The notes below the pieces were generated by a model, which saw only the letters and a list, made by a program, of their open reading frames with translations, was not told the DNA's origin and did no database searches. Position numbers and translations under genes: made by a program. From Thermofilum adornatum (lineage in GTDB: Archaea; Thermoproteota; Thermoprotei; Thermofilales; Thermofilaceae), in NCBI RefSeq assembly GCF_000446015.1, contig NC_022093.1, positions 1,718,260 to 1,750,259 on the forward strand: DNA of 32,000 bases. Reading direction: 5' to 3'. This document shows, one piece after another, positions 23,342-31,176 of this stretch; position 1 is the stretch's first letter, and each line of letters opens with the position of its first letter.

Positions 23342-25111
23342 ATGAGCAAAGAAAAACCTAAACTAGACAAAAAGCTGTTAGCCGCAGTAATACTTCTCGT
23401 CCTCTCAGCCCTGCTAGCCTTATCGGGCTCTTTCACCGCTAAGACACTACTCTACCAAGGCGTCCAGACAGAAGAAGTCTGGATAACGGGTCTCGACGGA
23501 GCCAAACTTAGGGCAGTGATCTATAAGCCTTCTAATGCTCAAGGGAAGCTACCAGCAGTCATTGTTGTCCACGGGCTAGGTGCCTCATCAGATACAATGA
23601 ATGCTATTTCCACGGAGCTTGCAAGAAACGGCATCCTAGTTTTATCACTGAACTATAGGGGACACGACGGTAGCGAGGGCGGGGTAAACTATATCGGCGA
23701 CCCAATAGCGGCGCCAAACATCTCAAACGACCTCTACGCTTCCCTAACTTACCTGCAGAGCAGGGCAGACGTTGACAAACAACATATAGGTGTCATAGGG
23801 TACTCGATGGGCTCTAGGGCGGCGTTAAGACTTGGAATCCTTGCTCCAAACATAAACCCCGTAGTGATGATTGGACCGTATTATGCATGGGAAATTAGCA
23901 CTGTAAACACAACGAGACCAAACAACCTCCTTATAATCGTGGGTGAAAATGACATTATTACTCCGCCGTCCTTTGCCGAGTTGCTCTTTAACTATGCAAC
24001 GAGTTCCTCTGGAAAGCCCTCTGAAGTCTTTGGTTCTCCAAGTGCAGGTACCGGCAGGAAACTTGTGATTGTTCCCGGAGCCGACCACTACACCATCGTT
24101 TTTACCAAAAAGGCTATAGAGGAGACAGTTGAATGGGTCCTACTCTGTTTTGGAAAGGGGAAAGCGACCTATTACTTGGATCCCTCTGTACTGGGCTCGC
24201 TCTCTGGCTCTGCTAGTTTCCTTTCGATAATAGCGGTTCTATGTGTTGCTTACCTAGTCACAAGGTACTATAGATCCAAAGGGAAAATTGTCCAGGTTGA
24301 ATCAAAATCGAGCATCCGCAGAACATTTGCTATAGTTCTCATCATTGTCTTGTCAATTCTGTACATTCTTGCCTCGTTCTATACTTTCCCATTGATAGTT
24401 GACTGGGGCTGGCGAGTATACCAGTTTGCAAGGTTCTCAGGAGCGCAGTATACCATCTTCTACTTCCTATTCCTTGCACTAGCCCTTTTACCCATAATCA
24501 TAGTCCTCGTGGCCATCAAGAGAGAGATTCTTGGTGATGCAGTTCAAAAACTAAAGAAGAACTGGATACCTGGTCTAGTAACGGTGCTCATTGCTTGGCT
24601 GACAGTATATATCATGTATAATATTTCGCTGACAGGTGTCGTAGCCAATTATGCTATGACACCCACTAGGTTCGCATTTATGTTCTACTTGTTTGCTCTT
24701 TGCCTGCTACCCATATTTGTCGACGAGTTCTACCTTAGAGAACTCATCCAAGACAAGATCCCAGTTAAAAAATGGTGGCTACAGCTCGGCATAACAATTA
24801 TACTCGAGTACATGTTGAGAGTCCTCCCATTTGCATGGTGGGTTGGACTAGTAGCCCAGCCACTTGTAGCCGAAGGTATATTGAAGCAATATGTCGCGGC
24901 AGGGCTAATTTCTCTAGAGAACCTTGACACAGTTAAGTCCTTCCTCGGCATGAACGCATACGGTCTATACTATGCCTTCATGAGTGTTGAAATGCTACAC
25001 GCGTTTGTCGCGAGCTATCTCTACAAGGAATATAGAAACATCGGCATCACGTCGATCTTTAGGGCCCTCACTGTTGCCTTCACGATGGCGGCCGTAATGG
25101 CTTTACTTTAA
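23342..25111 (+). CDS. Membrane-anchored alpha/beta hydrolase fused to a C-terminal polytopic membrane domain
   Basis: The N-terminus has a TM/signal segment and then a hydrolase core: VIVVHGLGASS, nucleophile elbow GYSMGS, GENDIITPP and GADHYT. From about residue 290 there are roughly 8 predicted hydrophobic helices. Confidence 0.75.
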   Translation: MSKEKPKLDKKLLAAVILLVLSALLALSGSFTAKTLLYQGVQTEEVWITGLDGAKLRAVIYKPSNAQGKLPAVIVVHGLGASSDTMNAISTELARNGILVLSLNYRGHDGSEGGVNYIGDPIAAPNISNDLYASLTYLQSRADVDKQHIGVIGYSMGSRAALRLGILAPNINPVVMIGPYYAWEISTVNTTRPNNLLIIVGENDIITPPSFAELLFNYATSSSGKPSEVFGSPSAGTGRKLVIVPGADHYTIVFTKKAIEETVEWVLLCFGKGKATYYLDPSVLGSLSGSASFLSIIAVLCVAYLVTRYYRSKGKIVQVESKSSIRRTFAIVLIIVLSILYILASFYTFPLIVDWGWRVYQFARFSGAQYTIFYFLFLALALLPIIIVLVAIKREILGDAVQKLKKNWIPGLVTVLIAWLTVYIMYNISLTGVVANYAMTPTRFAFMFYLFALCLLPIFVDEFYLRELIQDKIPVKKWWLQLGITIILEYMLRVLPFAWWVGLVAQPLVAEGILKQYVAAGLISLENLDTVKSFLGMNAYGLYYAFMSVEMLHAFVASYLYKEYRNIGITSIFRALTVAFTMAAVMALL

Positions 25112-25126
25112 AAAAATTTTATTTTT
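25110..25126. terminator. Bidirectional A7/T4-A-T5 tract between convergent genes
   Basis: The plus strand reads TAAAAAAATTTTATTTTT. This gives T-tracts after the plus-strand stop (25109-25111) and a T7 after the minus-strand ACD alpha stop (25119-25121). Confidence 0.45.
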
Positions 25127-26579
25127 CTCCTATTATCCTTGTCTCGACAAGTCTTTGAGACTTCCCATATAGCGTCTTTAGATAGGCTAGGCGCGCTTCT
25201 ACCACGCTTCTCCTCTTGCTGTAGAGATAGATTGCTGAAAGAGCTTCAGCTGCGCGTTCAGGCGTTGGGTATGCAGGTATACCTGCTCTATATAGATAGC
25301 TTATGGCTTCCTTTGACTCGGGTCCACCTACAAAGCCGGCTACAACAGGCTTCTTTATGTCTGTCTCTTGAACAGCTTTGATTATTGCCTCAGCCGTCTT
25401 CATCGGGTTTGTGGTCATAGTTTGACAGTATAATACAAGGATTGAGTGTATCTCTTCATGCTCCAGAGCCTTACGGAGTGCAAGGTAGTAGTATTCATCG
25501 CTCGCACCTCCAGTTATATCTACTGGGTTCCTCGTCGACGCAAAGGGCGGCAGGAATGTTCTTAGGTAGTCTACGTAATCCTTGGGGGGTTCGTTCAAGC
25601 GAATGCCCCTTTCAGCCAAGGTATCTGTGGCTTGTACACCTGCTCCCCCACCGTTCGTAATGACTAATACATTTGGACCAGGCAGCTTAATGTTTCGCTC
25701 AAAAATCCTAGCATAATCAAAAGCGGTCTGTACATCTTTGACTTGTAGTGCACCTACCTGTCTTAGGACTCCTTCCCACAATATTGGCCCGCTTGAAAGT
25801 GACCCTGTATGGCTAGCCGCTGCTTTTGCTCCAAACTCTGTTCTGCCTGCCTTGATAGTTATTATGGGCTTCCTGGCTGAGAATTCGCTTGCAATGTCTA
25901 GGAATTTTCTGCCGTCGCTGATTCCCTCTATATACATTATGACGGCCTGAGTGTTTGGGTCATTTAAAAAGAAAGACAAGAGATCAGCGTCGTCTATATC
26001 CGCCTTGTTACCTACACTTACGACGCTTGAGACTCCTATCTCCTCGACAATTGAGTAGCCCATCAAGGCTATGCCTAGGGCTCCGCTCTGAGTTATAAAG
26101 GCAATATTGCCCGGCAGAAGGTTTGGCGGACCAAAGGACGCGTTGAGTTTTGCCGGCGTGTAGACGTATCCAAAGATGTTTGGACCAAGAACCCTCATAC
26201 CATTTTTCCTAGCCACTTGGACGAGTCTCTCCTCTAGCTCTTTGTTGCCCACCTCCTTGAAGCCAGAACTTAGGACCACCAGGAACTGCGCACCGGCTCG
26301 GCCAGCGTCCTCGGCTACCTCTATTGTCTTGTCGGCGGGAACCGAGACTATAACAACGTCTACCTCTCCATTAATGCTTGAAACGCTAGGATAGCATGGC
26401 AAGCCCAGTACGCTTTCAGCCGTCGGATTCACCGGGTAAACCCTTCCCTTATAGCCGCCATCCAAGATGTTCTTAAGAACAATGTGTCCAATCTTTGATG
26501 GATTCTTGGATGCGCCTACTATCGCTATTCCCCTAGGATAAAATAACCTGTAAAGCTCACTCTCCACGTGTATCACCAA
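25119..26579 (-). CDS. acdA: ADP-forming acetyl/acyl-CoA synthetase (ACD), alpha subunit
   Basis: CoA-binding N-terminus PRGIAIVGASKNPSKIGHIVLKNIL..GYKGRVYPVNP, SCS-like ITQSGALG and a phospho-His region AAASHTGSL. 486 aa. Confidence 0.9.
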   Translation of the reverse strand: MVIHVESELYRLFYPRGIAIVGASKNPSKIGHIVLKNILDGGYKGRVYPVNPTAESVLGLPCYPSVSSINGEVDVVIVSVPADKTIEVAEDAGRAGAQFLVVLSSGFKEVGNKELEERLVQVARKNGMRVLGPNIFGYVYTPAKLNASFGPPNLLPGNIAFITQSGALGIALMGYSIVEEIGVSSVVSVGNKADIDDADLLSFFLNDPNTQAVIMYIEGISDGRKFLDIASEFSARKPIITIKAGRTEFGAKAAASHTGSLSSGPILWEGVLRQVGALQVKDVQTAFDYARIFERNIKLPGPNVLVITNGGGAGVQATDTLAERGIRLNEPPKDYVDYLRTFLPPFASTRNPVDITGGASDEYYYLALRKALEHEEIHSILVLYCQTMTTNPMKTAEAIIKAVQETDIKKPVVAGFVGGPESKEAISYLYRAGIPAYPTPERAAEALSAIYLYSKRRSVVEARLAYLKTLYGKSQRLVETRIIGEK

Positions 26580-27276
26580 GAATAAACCTTACATCTGCAA
26601 CTTTTGCTCCTCTCCCCCTCTCATATACTAATAGAGGATTGATGTCTATCTCTGCAACTTCATCAAGTTGAGTAATCATCTCCGAGACCTTCATTAAAAC
26701 GTCGACAACTGCCTCCTCATCTAGGGGACCCATCCCCCTAAAGCCCCCAAAGAGGACATATCCCTTAAGGTCTCTGAGCATATCGTAGGCATCGGGAGGA
26801 GTGAGCGGCGCCACCCGGAAACTAACGTCTTTTAAGACTTCTACGAAAATGCCTCCTACACCAATCATCACTATTGGGCCAAAAAACGGGTCTCTCGAGG
26901 CGCCCACAATCATTTCGAGACCTCTCGGGAGCATTTCTTCTACAAGGATGCCGGTGACTCTTGCATTAGGAGCCCTCAGCATGACGCTACGTGTAATAGT
27001 AATGTATTTTTCACGTGCCTCATCAGGAGTTTTCACGTCTAAAGCGACGCCCCCGACATCAGACTTGTGGACAATATCTGGGCTAATGACCTTCATTACT
27101 ACGGGGAAACCTATCTTCGTTGCCACCTCTACAGCCTCTTTACTATTTGTTGCTACACCGTACCTTGGCACCGGCAACCCATAGTGTTCACAGAGCATTA
27201 GCGCCTCGTGTTCCAGTAGCTTTTTCCTGCCTTCTCTCCTCGCCTCTTCAAAAAGCAATTGAGGCGTAGTTGCCAA
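26557..27276 (-). CDS. acdB: ADP-forming acetyl/acyl-CoA synthetase (ACD), beta subunit (ATP-grasp)
   Basis: LLEHEALMLCEHYGLPVPRYGVA...EAVEVATKIGFPVVMKVISPDIVHKSDVGGVALDV is the typical ACD beta ATP-grasp. TTG start. It overlaps the alpha subunit gene by 23 nt. Confidence 0.9.
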   Translation of the reverse strand: MATTPQLLFEEARREGRKKLLEHEALMLCEHYGLPVPRYGVATNSKEAVEVATKIGFPVVMKVISPDIVHKSDVGGVALDVKTPDEAREKYITITRSVMLRAPNARVTGILVEEMLPRGLEMIVGASRDPFFGPIVMIGVGGIFVEVLKDVSFRVAPLTPPDAYDMLRDLKGYVLFGGFRGMGPLDEEAVVDVLMKVSEMITQLDEVAEIDINPLLVYERGRGAKVADVRFILGDTRGE

Positions 27277-27321
27277 AGCAGATCCTTGAACATTCTCTTT
27301 GAAACATGTCTAAAAAAACAG

Positions 27322-27340
27322 TGGTTAACAATTATAACAA
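27322..27340. promoter_or_regulatory. Degenerate copy of the palindrome: TGGTTAACAATTATAACAA
   Basis: 14 of 19 positions match AGGTTAACAATGTTAACCT. It lies 46-64 nt upstream of the ACD beta start and, in the gene's sense, directly upstream of TTTTTTTAGAC. Confidence 0.4.
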
Positions 27341-27373
27341 GTAGGCACGCGTTGCACAGCAGTACAAGTTGAA

Positions 27374-27736
27374 TTAGACCTTGAAAAAGAGCCACCCATC
27401 CTTAAATCTAAGCATCACATATTTTCCCTTAAGCTTTGACCCATGGAACATTAGAACCATCTTGTCAGGTGTTCGTTCAAGAACCTCGTACTCGCCCTTA
27501 TCCCATATCTTCATTGTTCCAGCCCCGTAGCCCTCTTCTATCTCGCCCTCAAAGTCCAGCCAGTAAAGGTCATGGTCCTCCTGCTGGACACCATACCGCT
27601 TGACCCCTGGCTCGAGCGGCAGGGGCTTCCTAAAGGCCCAGTCCTTCAGCACGCCGTCCATTTCGAGGCGGAGGTCGTAGTGTAGCCCGGCCCGACGTGC
27701 ATTGTGTTCATGTACAACGAACCTGTACTTGTCCAC
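27374..27736 (-). CDS. Stand-alone DNA ligase D 3'-phosphoesterase (LigD-PE) domain protein
   Basis: FVVHEHNARRAGLHYDLRLE, WAFRKPLP, GVQQEDHDLYWLDFEGEIEEGYGAGTMKIWDKGEY. These match the PE-domain metal and phosphate-binding motifs (H.H...HYD.R.E; EDH..Y..FEG.I..G.YGAG). 120 aa. Confidence 0.85.
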   Translation of the reverse strand: MDKYRFVVHEHNARRAGLHYDLRLEMDGVLKDWAFRKPLPLEPGVKRYGVQQEDHDLYWLDFEGEIEEGYGAGTMKIWDKGEYEVLERTPDKMVLMFHGSKLKGKYVMLRFKDGWLFFKV

Positions 27737-27803
27737 ATGGATTTTCTTTTTAAAAAGGTTGATAAAAAGCTTGGTTCATTGGGAGGGAGTATAAACACAT
27801 ATA

Positions 27804-29183
27804 TTGATGCTAAAACATGTTTCTTTTATGACAGATATCGAGGTTGTAAATGCCCAGGAGCCGCTACCAGGCGATGAGCTGGCACGCTCAGCCGACGAAC
27901 ACGACGGAGTAATTGTCGTGGGTAGGTGGGCTTCTGAGTGGCCTAGGCTTCTCGAGTATCTACGTAAGGCTGGGGCTAGGTGGCACCGTGTCGTCTATAT
28001 TGATGAACGTGACCCAGACAAGGCTGGTATAGGAGCCGACAGTCTTGTTGAGGCATATAGAGCCTACCTCGAGGCGTTGGGCACATATGTTCCAGTGGTG
28101 GTATCAGACGCTGGAAAGATTGTTTCTAGACGGGACCTGCTAAGGGGTGGGCTGGGAGTCTTCTTCGTGTATACCTCTATCCCGGATGTTCTGGATGAAA
28201 AGTGTTCCTCTCTGGGGTCCTGCGACCTTTGTCTGGCTAGTTGCCCGTACTCCGCGTTGGAGGGAAAGCCGCCTAAAGCCTCAGAAAGGAAGTGTACCGA
28301 GTGTGGTCTATGCACGTCTTACTGCCCCACAGGACTCCTCTATACTCCCACGCATTCACCTGAAGCTGTAAAGCGCCTCCTCTACGAGCTCAAGAAAAGC
28401 GGCGTTGAAAAGCTCATAGTCACCTGTCCATTGAACAGGGCAGGGGTATATGAGAAAGAGGAACTTAGGGGTGCTATTCTCGAGTTGCCCTGCATAGCTA
28501 CGCTTAGAATACATGAATACCTTTTTGCCCGACAACTGGGCTTCGATGTGACCTTCTTCTGCCCCAGCGAGAAAAGGGATAAGTGTCCAAAAAGGAGGGC
28601 TGTCGAAGACTACCTCGCACTTATCAGTGAGGCAGAGGAAATAATAAGGCCGAAGCCGCTGGGAAGACCCGTATACAGCAACAAGATAACCGAACTAGCC
28701 GCCCCGCTAGCCGTTGACAGGGACGAGTGGACCCCTCTTGCACGCTTAGAGCTTTTCCGCGTAAAAGCAGACGAGAATCTCTGCACCCTTTGCGGTGCAT
28801 GCGTAAAGGCTTGTCCAAGCAATTCCCTGACACTCACACGTGACGGCAACTATAGGCTACTCTTCAATCATTCCAGCTGTATAGGATGCAACGCCTGTGT
28901 AAAGATTTGCCCCGAAAAAGCCCTCACCATCGAAAAAGCTACAAATCCCTCACTACTCTATTCCGGGAAGACAATTGAGATCGCCACAAGCAACGTTGCT
29001 AGATGCAGGAAGTGTGGAAAAGAGATAGGTCCAGAAAAGATGATTATAAGACTGGAGAGGAAGCTTGCAGAGAAGGGTGTAAGCAAGGAGCAACGGGAAA
29101 GCCTGTGGCTATGCGAGGAATGCAAAAGAGAGGCGACAATGGAAGAATTTAAAAAGGAAATAGAAAAATCTCTCGGCCTCTAG
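27804..29183 (+). CDS. Multi-cluster iron-sulfur protein (two 2x[4Fe-4S] ferredoxin modules plus a C-terminal CxxC...CxxC ribbon)
   Basis: CSSLGSCDLCLASCP, CTECGLCTSYCP, CTLCGACVKACP and CIGCNACVKICP, with C-terminal CRKCGKE...CEECK. The start is TTG at 27804 or ATG at 27807. Confidence 0.8.
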   Translation: MMLKHVSFMTDIEVVNAQEPLPGDELARSADEHDGVIVVGRWASEWPRLLEYLRKAGARWHRVVYIDERDPDKAGIGADSLVEAYRAYLEALGTYVPVVVSDAGKIVSRRDLLRGGLGVFFVYTSIPDVLDEKCSSLGSCDLCLASCPYSALEGKPPKASERKCTECGLCTSYCPTGLLYTPTHSPEAVKRLLYELKKSGVEKLIVTCPLNRAGVYEKEELRGAILELPCIATLRIHEYLFARQLGFDVTFFCPSEKRDKCPKRRAVEDYLALISEAEEIIRPKPLGRPVYSNKITELAAPLAVDRDEWTPLARLELFRVKADENLCTLCGACVKACPSNSLTLTRDGNYRLLFNHSSCIGCNACVKICPEKALTIEKATNPSLLYSGKTIEIATSNVARCRKCGKEIGPEKMIIRLERKLAEKGVSKEQRESLWLCEECKREATMEEFKKEIEKSLGL

Positions 29184-29402
29184 CCCCCATAGCTCTGAAC
29201 ATGCTTGGTAAGCCCAGGTCATGCTAAAAACTAATTTAGCGCGCGCTTATCATATTAAGCTTGTTAAAAAATTTTGAGGTTTTGAACCCCTTCGTTATGG
29301 ATGTTTTAAGGGAAAACTGTGGAAGAAAACAATATTTCAAGAAATATATTTAAAGTCTCATTTGTTTTTCCTTTTAGACTGACAGGATGCTAAGGAATCT
29401 GT

Positions 29403-30736
29403 ATGCAGGAAGAAGAGAATGTTCCCCAGGGCGACCTCAGAAGAGAAGTGAGCCTATTTGGAGCATTCAGTATAGGCTATGCTGACGTGGGAGCGGACAT
29501 ATATATTACGCTTGGACTTGTAGCTCTTTATGCTGGAGGAGCCACACCTCTGGCCCTCATCATTGCTGGTATAGTCTACGTCCTTGTTGGAAGTGTCTAT
29601 GCAAAGCTTTCTGGACGTTATCCCTATGCCGGTGGTGCACAGTTCTACGCTCAGAGGGCGCTTGGACCCATGCATGGTTTTATTGCTGGGTGGGGGCTGA
29701 TGCTCGACTATACAATTGATATTGCCCTCTTTGTGTTGGCCTCAGTTGGCTACCTTGGATACCTCCTCAAAGCCACTCTTGCTTTGGCTTGCTACTCGTC
29801 AACCCATACTATGCATTTGTCAGCGCTCTTTTTGTTGGGTTTTTAGGTTTCCTAAATATATTGGGGATACGGGAATCTGTAAGGCTGAACAAGCTGTTCG
29901 TGGCGCTCGACTTGGCAACGCTGTTTTTGGTTCTAGGCGTCGGCGGAAGCATATACTTCTTTTTCAATGGCTTTTCATGGAAACCTCCCAGCATTGGTCA
30001 AGATGTGCCTGTGGGGAACTTCCTCTACGCAGTCACGATTGCCATGGCTTCATACGTTGGTGTCGAGGCAATATCCCAGGCTGCAGAGGAAACAAGTAAC
30101 GCTAGTAAAACTGTTCCAAAAGCGACATACCTCACGGTCTCCTTGACACTACTAGTGGCTCTTGCAGGAGCATTCTTCATTGCATCAAGCCCAGTCAACA
30201 ATGATGAAGCGCTTCACCCATTTGCTGGGCTAGCCCTAAAGGTTCCCATCATAGGGACGTGGCTTGCCCTCTGGGTAGGTTTAATGGGGTTCCTGATTAA
30301 CCTTGCCTCAGCGAACTCTGGGGTAATAGGTGTAAGTAGAGTGGCATACTCGATGGCCCGGACGGGACTTCTACCAGAAGGTTTTAGGAGAATTAGTCGA
30401 AGAGGGGTTCCATATATCTCGATAGCTGTTTTCACCATTATAGCTACAGGACTAATAATCGTGAATGGTTTCTCTACTAGCTTGCACCTCCTAGAGCTTA
30501 TTGCCTCACTTTATAATTTCGGCGCCATAGTTGCATATATCTACGCCTCGATTAGCCTAGTGAAGCTGTCAGCAAATAAGCAAGAGAAGCTTCTCGGCAT
30601 CCTCGCTACAGTCGCCTGCATATTTATGCTGACACTCCTCGTGTTTTTACACCCGGAGGGAAGAATCTTGGCCTTGCTATGGTTCTTGGTAGGTCTTACC
30701 CTATACTTTCTTAAAGATCAACCTGTCCACAAATAA
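29403..30736 (+). pseudogene. APC-superfamily amino acid permease interrupted by a -1 frame change (ORFs 29403..29846 and 29789..30736)
   Basis: The N-terminal ORF (FGAFSIGYADVGADIYITLG...YPYAGGAQFYAQRALGP..GFIAGWGLMLDYTIDIAL) and the C-terminal ORF (NILGIRES...AMASYVGVEAISQAAEETSNASKTVPKA...) together make one APC transporter of about 445 aa. The second frame is open from 29720. Confidence 0.8.
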
Positions 30737-30923
30737 TGTCTTCCTGCAAGTAATTTCTAAAAGTACATGAATAAGGAAACATTCAAGACAATTATGGCCT
30801 TTTTCCGTCTCTTAACTATTTCGAAAGCAAAGTTATTGGTAAGGTTCTCTTTTTAAATAAGAATTCTTCAAAAACAACACTTATAAGTTTGAGTTGACAT
30901 TGTTCTAATGTTGGTGAAAAAAC

Positions 30924-31172
30924 TTGGTTAAATACCGTGTTATTGTTGATAGAAATGCTTGCATAGCTTGTGGTGCCGCTCCTGCCGCGTGCCCAGAAGT
31001 ATTCGAGCTTGGCTCCGACAACGGGAAGAATAGAGTTATAGAGAAATACAGTGTAAAGACAGACAGCAGTGTATCTATTGGAGAGATCCCCGAAGAGCTC
31101 TACGAGTGTGCTAGAAACGGTGCAGATGTTTGCCCCGTAGGGGCTATAAAGATCGAGAAAATAGAAGGATGA
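30924..31172 (+). CDS. Single-[4Fe-4S] ferredoxin (Pyrococcus/Thermococcus type)
   Basis: VIVDRNACIACGAAPAACPEVFEL ... ELYECARNGADVCPVGAIKIE parallels the CxxxxxCxxxCP...C...CP pattern of P. furiosus ferredoxin. The TTG start is preceded by GGTGA. Confidence 0.9.
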   Translation: MVKYRVIVDRNACIACGAAPAACPEVFELGSDNGKNRVIEKYSVKTDSSVSIGEIPEELYECARNGADVCPVGAIKIEKIEG

Positions 31173-31176
31173 AAAG

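Noticed and set aside
24700-25111. Possible CPBP (CAAX/Abi) intramembrane protease motifs in the C-terminal membrane domain of the 589-aa hydrolase (DEFYLR resembling EExxxR; MLHAF resembling HxxxN/D).
   Set aside because: Only one partial motif set is present. The FxxxH motif and the second His/Asn are absent, and the spacing does not fit. The evidence is not sufficient to call a CPBP domain.
27198-27395. 65-aa minus-strand ORF spanning the ACD promoter region.
   Set aside because: It covers the intergenic promoter/operator sequence and overlaps both the ACD beta 5' end and the LigD-PE 3' end out of frame. Its composition is not protein-like.
30811-30825. CTTAACTATTTC, which shares the 11-mer TTAACTATTTC with the KAS III-like promoter element (GGTTAACTATTTC).
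   Set aside because: It lacks the GG of the half-site. It is not followed, on either strand, by a TATA-like box in the arrangement seen at the other sites. No minus-strand gene lies downstream. It is most likely chance in AT-rich DNA.
30858-30867. Perfect 10-bp palindrome AAGAATTCTT next to the TATA-like TTTTTAAATAAG upstream of the ferredoxin gene.
   Set aside because: It is short and AT-rich (it contains an EcoRI site) and is not repeated elsewhere in the window. It is not distinguishable from chance.
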